From contig OZ176051.1 of NCBI GenBank assembly GCA_964247055.1, positions 5,084,001 through 5,148,000 of the forward strand: 64,000 bases of DNA, given 5' to 3'. Positions within the stretch are counted from its first letter, which is position 1. Each line of letters starts with the position of its first letter. Made by a program: the position numbers and the translations under genes. The notes beneath the pieces are model-generated. The model was given only the letters and a program-made list of their open reading frames with translations, was not told the origin of the DNA and made no database searches. Of this stretch, positions 28,167-41,139 are shown in pieces. The stretch is from Paragordius varius. Its lineage: Eukaryota > Animalia > Nematomorpha.

Positions 28167-28553
28167 CACCTCTTTTGCAGAAGCCCTGAGTGATTGGCCA
28201 TTCACCTAGATCTTGCGGTAAAGTCTTACAATATCCGCAACTACGCGAATCGCATTCATAAGCCGTTAGACCGGTCTAAAATCTAATTTCGTGTATAATT
28301 CGAGCAGAAAATTAAATATTAATTAAAATTTAAAATATACCAATCTATTTTTACCGCAAAAACATTCATTTCTTTTACAAATTGAGGGTGTTTAACAGAT
28401 ACTTTCACAAATTAAAATAATCGTATAAATAAAAGATTATTATGTATTTTTGAAAAAAAACAATTTTTAAAGTAAAAAAGTAAGCGTAGTACAGGCGCAG
28501 TTTTTTTCGATAACCCTACTGTGCTGCGAAAAACAGCCTATCCAATCATATTA
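28167..28553 (-). repeat. Dispersed ~400-bp hairpin-bearing repeat, copy B
   Basis: Reverse complement matches both ends of 5224-5636. Confidence 0.65.
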
Positions 28554-28961
28554 ATTTACAGCAAAATCCTAGAATCATCTATCCGCCATGAAAAATGAAC
28601 AAAATATATCGTATATGGAATCCTAAGGCGAATTCTTATAGTTAAGATACAACAAACGCCATATACCATGTCAACCGGTAATTTGCTTAAAACAATATTT
28701 ACTGGGATATCACAATCAACGGGTCAAGCAGATATAAGGGGAAAAGAGTAAAACTTAATCTATATAGAAAAAATTGCCTTCAAATAGAGCTTCAAAAATG
28801 CAATGTATTTTTATTATTTATTTATATTTTTTCAATATTTAATACATTTTTCTATTCACCAATCCTTAAACGCATCACAAAAGCTCGACTTATTAAGTAA
28901 TAAAGTCACAACCTCCTACCAATACTAATTGATTATCATTTCTTCATTGTTCACGTCATAC

Positions 28962-29557
28962 TTAAGGTTCTTGATAGTGGGATATTTTATCTTGCCTATA
29001 AGCTGATAAGTAAGCAAGATATTGATTTATGACACCTTGTTGAGTCCATTTAATATTGGAATTTTTATTAATATCTTCCCTTAAATCTGAATCAAAGTTT
29101 GCTTCAATATCATGGTATTTGAGGTTTTGACTTTTTAATATTGTGCGTAATTGTGGAAAATTATTACTTAAATTCTCATTTTCTGTTGGGATTAAGCGAT
29201 GCTTTTTATTTATATCCACATTTTTTCATTCGAAAAAGTGCGTTTGTTTAACGGGCCTTGATTGTTACGCAAAATGCTTTTAAGAGCTGCCTTTGATGTT
29301 GTATTGTTTACGCTATTACTCTTGCCATGAATGGAGAAAATACTTGGAGCTGGCCGCCTTCTAAAATAAATAATAAAAAAAACAATTTAAATTTTGTAAA
29401 AAGAAAATTTTCTTACAAAATTGAATTAAAATATAATTGTTAGTTTGTCTGGAATCATCAAGCAATTGCACCGATTCCGCGCCTAAATCTTCTATTTTGA
29501 CAAGTTGTTTCATCAGCCTGTATTCTCCAGCTGATGTATGAGGAATCATTTCATTTT
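28962..29557 (-). other. Candidate coding exons of unknown function, possibly the 3' part of the repeat-protein gene
   Basis: Exon 29557-29417 has an AG acceptor and a GTAAG donor in compatible phase with a donor at 30485. Downstream frames (RRPAPS...KSILRNN and VDINKK...QEP) are offset by one base at the A6 run 29221-29226. Confidence 0.35.
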
Positions 29558-30432
29558 CTAATATAATAATTATCCGATTCATTATTACTATTATTGAACC
29601 TGAAATTATTACCGTGTAACACTAATAAAATGTATTCTGATGTATGCCATTTATAAATAATGACATTGCGAGAATACGATAAATAATTAAAATTATAATC
29701 CTGTTGAACGATTGTGTGAAAAACATAAGAACAATTTGAATTCAATGGGTATTTATATAGGAGGCGTTTACAAAAATAGAGGACCCAAAATTGTCTCTTC
29801 AAAACTACATTGGGGAAGAGTATAGAATCATTATTTTAATAATTCTTTAATGAATATACCGATCAAAGGTTAAGCCTTTTTGATATTTATGGGTTAAATT
29901 TCAGACTACGCAAAAAGCCAGCACCAAAAATTATAAAAAAAATTTCAGAAAAACGTAAAGACCCATTCGAATTTAAATTCAATCTCCTTTTCTATAATTT
30001 TTTAAAAAAATGTTTTAAACTAGGCGAAAATAGATGGTCCGAAGCTTATAAATACATATCTTTACAAATATTATGATTTGTAGAGACGATTTTTCGAAAA
30101 GTCAAATATATTTCATTCTTACATTTCGTATTAATTTTTTTATAAATTGTGTACCGGGCCCTGTGATCCACCGAAACCGGTTCTTGCCCTAACCTAAAGG
30201 GCCATATTCTGATTCCATAGGTTTTTCGGTTTGAAGCGTTAACATTTAAATAAGGTCAAAACAAATACAAATTATGCGCAACGCACCAAACATCCTTTAA
30301 AAAATTCTTTTCATATAAGATATATATATTTAATAAACTCAGTTTTCATTATAATTCATCTTTGATTATTAAGACGATGCGTGATAGGATTAGTATGTAG
30401 TACTGTATCTTAAATGGATTAGCAAAAATATT

Positions 30433-31530
30433 TTAGTTATAAATTTGATTAAAGCATGACACAATCCAAAAAATATTAGTAATACCAGATGTCGGCATTC
30501 TCCGTAATTCCGTCTTTAACTCATATTTAGGTCTCAACGTAGATCCCTCTACCGTCTTATATTGGCTTTCGCAATTTGGAAAAACTTTTGCTTGGACATA
30601 ATTGTAAAGTTGTGATGGATTATTATCATTAATGTTCACCATTTCACTTTCATTTGATTTTATTTCATCTATCCATCTTACTTTCTTTCTTGATTTCGAT
30701 GCAGTATTGGAGAGAATTAGGCTTTCGTTACTATTATAATCGGAAGTATTCTCCGATTTAGATATATTGAATCTTTTATCAAAACTTTTTTGTGTTTTAT
30801 TATATGGAATATCCATATTTATAGCATCTTCCATATGATTTGTTATAATATTTGTATAAATTTTCAACTTCAATGGTTTAGCAATCACTGGGTTCCTCAC
30901 CGATTGTTGCAAATGACTATCAGCCTTGTTGGCCTCTTGTATTATTTGATTTGCAATGATATTTGTAAAATCACACAGCCTTAATGTTTTAGCAATAACT
31001 GGGTTTATCTCCGATGGTTGCGAATGACCAGCCTTGTTGACCGCTTTTATTATTTGATTTGCAATGATGTTTGTAAAATCACTTAGCCTTAATGTTTTAG
31101 CGATCACTGGGTTTATCTTCGATGGTCCATCTGCTATGTTGGCTTCTTTCATTATTGAATTTGTAATAAGATTTGAAAAATCCTTCAGTCGTAATGTTTT
31201 AGCAATAACTGGGTTTATCTCCGATTGATGCAAATGACTATCACCCTTTTTGACCGCTTTTATTATTTGATTTGAAATGATATTTGTAAAGTCTATTAGC
31301 CTTAATGTTTTAGCAATGACGGGGTTTATCTTCGATGGATTATCAGCTTTGTTGGCCTCTTTTATTTGATTAGCAATGATATTTGTAAAATCACACAGCC
31401 TTAATGTTTTAGCGATCATTGGGTTTATATCCGAATGCAAATTATCAGCCTTGTTGACCTCTTTTATTATTTGATTTGCAATGATATATGTAAAACTTTT
31501 TTTCCGTCGCGCAAAAAATTTGAAAAATAG
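30433..31530 (-). CDS. Lineage-specific tandem-repeat protein exon (33-37 aa units INPVIAKTLRLxDFTNIIANQIIxxxNKA) with KVRW motif
   Basis: Open frame of about 365 codons from an AG acceptor at 31531; five full and two partial repeats; synonymous third-position differences between copies suggest coding constraint. Start exon not found. Confidence 0.7.
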   Translation of the reverse strand, partial: LFFKFFARRKKSFTYIIANQIIKEVNKADNLHSDINPMIAKTLRLCDFTNIIANQIKEANKADNPSKINPVIAKTLRLIDFTNIISNQIIKAVKKGDSHLHQSEINPVIAKTLRLKDFSNLITNSIMKEANIADGPSKINPVIAKTLRLSDFTNIIANQIIKAVNKAGHSQPSEINPVIAKTLRLCDFTNIIANQIIQEANKADSHLQQSVRNPVIAKPLKLKIYTNIITNHMEDAINMDIPYNKTQKSFDKRFNISKSENTSDYNSNESLILSNTASKSRKKVRWIDEIKSNESEMVNINDNNPSQLYNYVQAKVFPNCESQYKTVEGSTLRPKYELKTELRRMPTSGITNIFWIVSCFNQIYN

Positions 31531-34124
31531 CTAATAAAATGAAATTATTTAAAAATATCTTTAAAGCATTTATGAGGCTAACTTAAAACTAAAATGATTT
31601 CGTTATTATAGTATTCATTTATTGTATAGAATTTATATTAAGGCCGTTATTAATACTATGGTTTCCTAAAATACTATTAATTTTTTAAAATGAAAAAAAT
31701 TAAGGCTGTTTTTAATCCACCAAGTTTTTTAGACGAAATCCGCAGGGCAAAGATAATTTTTTATGGCAAATAAACCTAAGTTCTTAGCTTAAGTTGCACG
31801 TTTACTAAAACTTCTGGCAGGCATACAGTGCACTCGAATTATGTCAACTTACGAGATTATTAATTTGCAAAAATTATAATGCTATAAAACCACTATCTTT
31901 TCTTTCCCTACGCCACTTGCAATAATAATTTATTCAGAAATTAATTCAAAATTTAAGTCATGATGAATTATTTATAGATTGCATATTTGAGAGCATTTTC
32001 TTTTATTGAATGAAATGTGTACCGCTTTCAAATTATAAAGCTTTGAAACAAAAATAATTGTTATTATTTTGACTTTTAGCAAGCAGAATATAACCACAGA
32101 TAAAAACTAGCATCGAATATTTAAATTTGTATAATAATATTTACAAAGGAGATTCCGTTACCATCATAAGTGACTGCTTGTGATACATCAGCTTACGGGC
32201 CGCACGCGGCCCTAAATGGTCATTTTTGACCCTGGATTATTAAATTATTATTTTTATTTTTTAGAAAAATAATAAATTTAAAATTTTAAGTCGTTCAGTT
32301 TTGTGTTAATTGGTATTCTATAATTATAAAATTTTATTTCATGAAAAAATTTTCTGGCATTGTTCTTTACTTATATTTCGGTTTTGATCATACACTTGAG
32401 GTTGAATATAATTCTGAAAAATTTTAAGGAAATCGAGGATAAGGGTATATTAAGCTTTTTAGGCCAAAGTATCCACATTGTTTTGTCTTAACTTACATCA
32501 TATTAGAAAAATGAAATATGTTAAAAGACGTAGGGAACATTGGCCTGTTATGATGACCGGTTAAATTTTCGTTGATATTAAAATTATGTCCTTATCGTAC
32601 AAGATGTTTTCTTAAAATATATGTACATAATCCGCAAAAATGGCGTATTGATTTCTTCATTAGTACTTGCATATTATGCGCAATATTTGTCGCTATTATA
32701 TTGTGGTCCTTGGATAAAATAATTCCGCCTAAAACTTTTGGTAAGTTAGAACTGCTTTTTATATAAATCTGCATTGGTTAATATAATTGGATTGTCATAA
32801 ACATTAGATATCAGACGCCATTGTTTTATGGATTTCAAATAGTGGATATTTATTACCAATACATATAAAATATTTAAATATATTTTAAGATAGTGTGTTA
32901 ATATATACAGAACTTTATATAGGACAGGTTTTCTCTGATAAAAAATTTACACTACTGGAATACATCGTCGGTTATGATATGTTGAACTAGAGATATCTAA
33001 GTTTTTTGGACAGAAAATCGGTTTTACATATATTTTTAACATAATTGTATAGATAGGTATAATAAAAAATCATAATATCAAATTATTCTACGATTAAGAG
33101 GAAATTCCGTTGGTGAAATATTTACAGTCCCATGTTAAAATGTAATATGATGTTAAGATTATATATTTATTCAATATACCTATTATTTTGTTTAACATTA
33201 TGGCACATAAAGTTTCATCACCTCTTCATTTTTTGTAGATCATGACATTTTATGCAGGTGTCTACCTCTGAGCTTAAAGTAAAATATTCCTGTTTTAAAA
33301 GTTGTTTAACTAAATATAATATCAAACCCTCTATAAAAAATATTTAAAATTTTTACAGTTCTTAACTTGTAATTTAAGTGGGAATAGACCAAATCAGGGT
33401 TACAGCAAACGGTAAAATCAATAATAAATTTCGTTTCAATGTATTGCGACTTTTTTAATTATTTACTTAACCATAATATACACTTATTTGTTAATTAGCT
33501 ATTGAAAAATTAAAAAGAAAAGAAGTAAATTTTTTTACAATTTTGCATTTCCTTAAAAAAGTATCAAGTGCCTAAAAGTCTTATGAAAGCATATAAAATT
33601 TAACCCGCTATAAATAACTTCTGTGATGTTTACTTTTTAAATAGCTCTAAGGTATAATAACCCCAAAAAGTTATCAAGACATAATTAAATGTTAACCAAA
33701 ACAACGTTCAAAACAATTGTTTTATACGTCTTAACTATGAGGTTTAAAACTAACCCAAAATGTAATCGTTCACGCACTTACAAGGCAATTTTTTATATTT
33801 GTTCTAGGTCAAAAAACAGTTTTAAAAAGAAGAAAAGTGTTAACTTAAAATATTCGCTAAATATTATGTTGTTGCGATATTGCAAAAAACTTGTAAATAA
33901 TTAACTTCATAATCGGCCGCAAAATTTTTATCTAATATTAGCTTTTATAATATTCCGACTAAACAAAAAAGAATAAGCTTTTTATATATAATATCGTTAA
34001 ATAATTATGATATTAAAAATAAAAAATTGTTTTAAAATAAATTATAAATGGTTGCAAACTTAAAATATTTCGGTTCGCATGGCAAACATGTGAAATTTTC
34101 CGTATCGCCGAAGATTTGTAGGCA

Positions 34125-37100
34125 ATGAAAAAAATTAATGTTTTTTCAAAGGAGACACTTGATTTTAACAAATTCGCAGAAAGAATTAATCCAAGTTTTT
34201 TAAACACATTTTCTTTACTAAATAAAAATTTGGTTCTTGATAAATTTTTACATAAAAAATTTCCAACTTTAAAATGGTATTCTATCGAAGATAGCGAAGG
34301 TTTTTTATCTTTTTTGTATCAACTCATTTATAAATATAGCTCTAATACACATAGTAATTTTTTATATTTATCGATGCCTCATAGAGGCCGCCTTAACATA
34401 TTAAATGCTCTGGAATATAATAAAAAAGCTCTTTTATCTAAAATAATTGGCAATTCCGAATTTAATCCCGCTCTAAATAACTTTGGATTTGAAGGGGATG
34501 TTTTATCGCACCTATACAAACGCAAGAAAATTAGCAGTAATGACGTATTTAAAATTGCGCTATTATCTTAAATTATTATATTTTTTATAATTATATTATT
34601 TGTAAAATTTTAACCTTAAATTATAATATATATATATATATCAAGGTTTACGGTTTGTTAAAATAAAACTTTTTGAAACTATCAGTCTCATGAAATTTCC
34701 AGTTCGGTATTTAACGGTTCAAAAATTTGATATTCTTAAAATTTATATTTCTCTCTATTATAATATATTTACTATTAAATTCTTATTGTATATTAAATTT
34801 TTGATATAAAAGTGTTAAACAATTTTATATATTTATATTGTGGGTATTTATTATATCAAATATTGAGCCATTTGTAAATATTAAAATGTGCAATCATAAC
34901 CATTTCGCCCAAAATGTAGGGATTAAACCACATATTTTTTGAATTTATTTTATCTTAAAACATTTTTTGAAATGTAAATATATAACGGAACTAGAGATAA
35001 AAATATGATTAGAACCCCATACCTTAGATATTTATAAATTTCAGCAACTCAAGGATTTGTGGATGTTACCTTGTTTCCAAACCCTTCTCATCTTGAAGCA
35101 ATTAATCCTGTAGCTTGTGGTTATACAAAATCTCGAATTTTAAGTCAATTAACCCAAAGCTATGGCAAAGATTTCAATACTCTACTAGATAAAAATGACA
35201 AATCGCATTCATCGCCTTTAAAATCGAATTTGTTGGTGCAAGTTCATGGTGACGCTTCTATATCCGGTCTAGTATTAATCTTTTAAACTATCATTAATTT
35301 TTTGAAATATCTTAAACATAATTATTTTATATATTTTAGTTTTACGAAAATTTGGATAATATTGTTTTAATTCAATGGTCTCCAACACAGATGTCTTCGC
35401 CTACTGCTTTAATGATTTTTGTTTTTTAATTTATTTTAAGCTCGATAATGGATGATTTGTCTTCTAAATAATCCTAAATTTTGATTAAAATCCAATTTTC
35501 TAAATTTTTTAACATTTTTTAGAGCATTTTTACTTAACGAACAAAGCGACACTCCTGCTTTAGTTAATAGACATAATTGTGTTCAAAAAGATATTTGATA
35601 TTTACATATCGGGAAAAATCAAGCCCTTGTTAATAGAAAATTAATTAGTTTTAAAAAATGTGTGATCTTAGTACATCAAATACACACTCTCTATCTATCT
35701 TGCTGATAACAATTTATATACATATATAAATATTTTGGAGAATATTTAAATATTATTTTTGTTACATACATGTTAGGTCAGGGTATAGTTTATGAAATGC
35801 AAAATATGTCTTTGTTGCCCGATTATAGCATAGGAGGATCTATCCACGTTATTGTTAATAATGGAATTGGTTTCACAACTGAATCATGTGATGGACGTTC
35901 AAGTCAACATGCTTGCGATATAGCCAAAATTACTGAGTAACATTATATTTAATTAATTATTTTAAGAAAAAAATAATTATTTTATTAAAACGATTATTTA
36001 TTTGAAATATATATTTCTATAAGAAAAAAAGGAAAGTTAGAGAGGACATACTAAGGATATTATTAGACAAAAATATAATTCAGTGAGAATTCGAGGAAAT
36101 TCCCGTGCGTATTCACCCTCTACAAAATTTTTTAAACAAATTGTAATAAATGTTATAAACATACATATTGTAAAGACTTTTTATTTATTTTAATATAAAA
36201 TGGTGATCTTTAATTTTATACGTAATTCATAAAAATATTCCCAATTTTCTTATAACATTTTGACAGGAGCCCTATCATACAAGTGGATGGAACTTCTATG
36301 CTTGATGTGTTTACAGCTGCAAACCTTGCTTTATTTTATCGTCAAACTTATCACAAAGATGTGTTTGTCGATATTCTTGGCCATAGAAGGTCATTTATAT
36401 TTTGTGATAACATTTTTAGAATTTTAAAAATCCCTTTTTTTGGGGGGATGTTTTTTATATAATATTTAACTACCTTTTAAACTAAAATTAACAGAAAAAT
36501 ATGAATTTAAACAATATAATTAAACACTAGGTTTTATTCTAGATGAGTAATACTTGAAAATTATAATGTGCCAAAGTAAACAATCTTTATTGTCTCAGGG
36601 CCATAATACTCATAAAAATTTCATATCTGTTTGACACATATTTGCAGGTAATTTTATTCCAAATACAGAAATCAAAAAATGAATGAATTAGTCCATAAAG
36701 AAGCACTTATAGGGCCGCATACTTTTGAGTATCACTGCTCTTTGCATAGTGCTTATTACATGTGAGATATAATAAAATTTTTGCATTTTGGACGCTCTTT
36801 TTGATTGGATGAGTTCATATTCTTTTTTTTTAATTTAGATACGGTCACAATGAAGTGGATGATCCGACATTTACTAATCCTGTCATGTATAAAGATATCC
36901 GTTCGCGTAAACCATTATCGGAATCTATCATTAATGATTTTATTGCCATTTTAAGCGACATACCGGAATACAAGGACACGAAATATGGTATTTACATAAA
37001 TTAATATGTTAAAAATATTTTTACAAACACTGCTCCGAAAAATAGGAAAAATTCTATATTTTATAAAAATATTGATATTAATAGTTACCCCAGAATATTG

Positions 37101-40100
37101 GCATAATGAACGGAATGACGAAGAGTTAAAATGGAACCAGGCTTTGGATAAAGTGAAAACAACCGTCATCACTTCAAAGGGTAATTTTAATTATTTATTG
37201 CAGAGAAAGAGTTTATTCTTTATAACATTTGTATAAAATGCATTGTTTTAGGTTAAAAAAATATTTTAATACATATAAACGGCTCCTTATATTTTAGATA
37301 ATTACCAATCTAAATATTTCGATTTTAATCTTTTTGCTTGCACCAACAACACAAGCAATGCAAACGATATAACAAAGGTATTTTATTGCTTTGATTATTT
37401 AAAAAAAATTAAAAGAGGATTTTATCAAATTAAAACTCATTTTTGCATTTCTTTTCAGAACATCTTTGGTCTCTTTATCTTTATTGTAATAATGGTGTGT
37501 AAAATATTTTAGAATCTATCTAGATGTAACAAATTATTGTAGTGTGAATGTTTTTTCTAAAATATTTCAATTTTTTTAAATAATTAACTCTTAATAAATC
37601 AGTAGATTCTTATATTTTTATAGAAACAATATAAATCTTTTTTTTCTTACATAAGTTAAAATACTATCGTTTTGACACGGTACAATGGAAAACAGGCTTA
37701 CCTCTGCAAACATTAGCTTATGTGGGAAAAAAATCGGTTGAAATCCCTCAGGAATGGCAAAATACATTTATTCCACATCCTCATTTACAAAAGGTGCATA
37801 TTAAGCCTAGGCAGGAATTATGTAACACACTTGAAACAACAACAATAAATATTCCCGAATCGACGAAAAATCAATTATTGGCAAAAACTAAAATAGATTG
37901 GTCTACAGCTGAAGCTTTTGCATTGGGTTCATTATTGCTTCAAGGCATAAATGTTTATTCATATTTCTTTAAATATATATATTAAAATTAATTAATTTAT
38001 GAATGTTACAATGAAATATTATACGGATCATAAATTTTCTAAGTAATTTGAAATTTTGCATATAGATTAGACTTTCTGGACAAGATAGTGGTCGGGCTAC
38101 ATTTAGTCATAGACATGCCGTTTTAGTTAATTATGAACCGAAAAAAGGTAAACATATAATACCTTTGACCAATAGTTGTTGCGTTTTTATTGTATTTTTA
38201 AACAAATATGTCATTAATTTTATTCTGCTTTTGAAATTAATTTTTAAAAATATTATTAGATGTCCCAAATAAATTAATTCCTCTAAACTACATTCATAAT
38301 AATAACTCGCACAATGAAAACGAAGGCGGCATTCAAAATCATATTGGCCATTTACAAATCATAAATAGTCCTTTGAATGAATTGGCCACCCTTTCGTATG
38401 AGTGTGGATATGCCTGGAATAATGCATTCAATCATTTGACCACAAGTTTGCAATAAATAAATGATAACCTTTCTCTTTAATTTGAGAAGACGGTTTTTAC
38501 TAACAAATGCATTGGTTAAAAAATGTAAATAACATTTCTTAAAAAAATAATATTAAGGATAAATATAGGGTTAATAAATTATAGTTTTTGAATTAATTAA
38601 AAAATCAACCTTGCGGTTCGCGAAAAAGTTTTAATCAAAAAGTTTTACAAAATCTAAATAAAATTGATTTTAAACAAGTTCTCTAAAAAAGTTTTTCCGA
38701 ATTTCGGCAATAAACTAGCAAAATTGTTCTAAAGAAAGAGATTTATTGGAGGTAAAACAGCAATTCAGCCGTTTTTTATGCCTTTTATAACTAACTCTGT
38801 TATCACTTTATCAGCATTAGTCTTATTTAGTCAAATTCATCTATTCAGAAAACATAGTAAAGCTTAAATTTTCATTTTAAAGGATGCATTTCCTATGGGA
38901 TTTAACATAAAACATATAGGGAAAAAAAATGGAATTTTATAAAAAAAAAATGGTGGCAATGATTGTTTATTATAAATTTTAGCAATATTAAAAAAAATTA
39001 AATTTTTTTATCCAATTTGAATGGTATAAAGACCAACATTTTACAACATTAATTTAAAATATATTTTGATATGCGATTTAGCTTAATTTCGCGCTTGTTA
39101 ACTTTACTTTTTGTTAAACAGGGTTAAATATATTTGTTTATGTAGTTATGTTTTAATCAATGAAAGATTTCCGGTTGTGCTTATAAATTCAATCATTTAT
39201 GGTTATAACCAGTCAATATATGAAACAAACCAATTAAATTAGAGATGCTAATATTGTTACAAATAAAAAGATTTTTTTATTTGTTAATTTTTTATTACAT
39301 TAAACATATATTATAAACGGACTAGTTGCTTTAATAAACGGTTTCGTTGTCCACAATTTATAATACACAGACATACCATGGGTTCGACATCTATTTTAAA
39401 CACCCCATACAAATTTATTATTTATAGACAAAAATGTTTCGACACAATTTGTTTTGTGGGAGGCTCAATATGGAGATTTTGTTAATTGTGCTCAACCATG
39501 TATTGATACATTTATTTCATCGTGTTATACCAAGTGGGGACTATCACCCGGTGGTTTAACTATGTTGTTGCCACATGGTATCACAAATTTAATTTTATGT
39601 CACTTTAAAATTAATATTCGAAGATTTGAAACTTTATTTTTGAAATGTATACATATATATATATAATTTAATTTTATTAATCCGAAAAAGATAGGATTTT
39701 TAATTTCAAATGGCTTTTCAAGATAATAGTGTATTGTGTGGTATTCAATTTGTTTAAGTAAATGTCAAAGTTAAAATATTTTTTTATATTTAACGAATAG
39801 ATAATGAATCGTTATATAACTATAAAATGTTTGGACATAAAACTTTTTTTGAAAACAAATAATTATCAATATAATGCACATATAGGCATTGACGGCACTG
39901 GTCCTGAACATTCCTCTTGCAGAATCGAACGATTTTTGCAATTATCAAATGATCCTGAAACGACTAACATTAAAGTAGTATTTTCAGTTAGCACATACCC
40001 ACATATCCAAAATATTTATACAGTAAAAAATGTTTTAGAATTTAAAATATGCATGTATAAAATTTAGCAGGATCCTACAAACTATATCAATTTAACTGTG

Positions 40101-40915
40101 GCTAACCCGAGTACGACTGCCCAATATTATCATTTGCTGAGGTCTCAAGCGTTTACCATACACAATAACTATCTAACTGCACCGCTTATCATGATTGCAC
40201 CTAAAATATTATTAAGGTCCAAATTTTATTCTAATTGACCTAACATTTTAATGAATATGTATTTTAAATGTTGTTTTAAGTTTGACAAAAATATTTTTGG
40301 TCAAATTTTTTTGTTTAATATTTTTGAGTTCAAATATTTTGAAACCGGATATTTTTAACATTTAAATATTAAAGGTTAGAAAAAATGCAGATAATTTACA
40401 TAAATGTTTTACCTTTAATTTATCTATTTAGGTTACAAGAAGCCAAATCTAGCATGAGTGATTTCTTGGGCGAAACCCATTTCAAACCCATATTGTTCGA
40501 TGAAAAAATCACACAATCGACTCCAAGAGCTCTCAAATACGTTATATTTTGTTCTGGAAAACATTATTACACCTTAAACAAATACATAACAAATTTAGCA
40601 CAAGACATTCAAGGGTCAATATTTCTGGTCAGAATAGAATTATTGTCCCCCTTTCCAGCCACACATTTACAAGCCTTGTTGAAAAAAATTAGCCTTCATG
40701 GGCGGCAATCATCATCAACCATAAAATTTATTTGGTCACAAGAGGAACACCGAAATCAAGGGCCATGGCAATATATGCAAACGAGATTCAAGAACCGACT
40801 TAATATTGAGTTGAACTACAATGGGAGAGAAGAATCGGCAATACCGGCTACGGGAATCGTAATGCGTCACAAACAGCAAGAAATTGAAATTTTGTCAAAC
40901 TTGTTTAACATATAA
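34125..40915 (+). CDS. DHTKD1: 2-oxoadipate dehydrogenase E1 (DHTKD1-like), 14 exons, about 888 aa; N-terminus probably incomplete
   Basis: [47 protein letters not shown] and [14 protein letters not shown] (DHTKD1-type, not OGDH HSSARPERFL). All junctions GT-AG and in frame (2667 nt). Confidence 0.88.
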
Positions 40916-41139
40916 TATATTTCTTTCGCAGTATTAAAAAGGCAAATTTATTTGTAATTTTTGCTATGTTATTTATAAAGATATTACATATATACACAAA
41001 TATAAATGTTGAAAAATGTTATAACACAGGAACATGATACATACACATATATGAGATTGGCTAGGTGTGGGTATGTATATACAGCAGAATAAAATTTAAA
41101 AAGATTAACACAATTTTCCTGTAACCCCATTAGTTTTGT

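Noticed and set aside
31600-34050. Short 60-70 aa ORFs here and throughout intergenic and intronic DNA
   Set aside because: Expected by chance in AT-rich DNA, often with non-ATG starts; no homology or consistent splice pattern.
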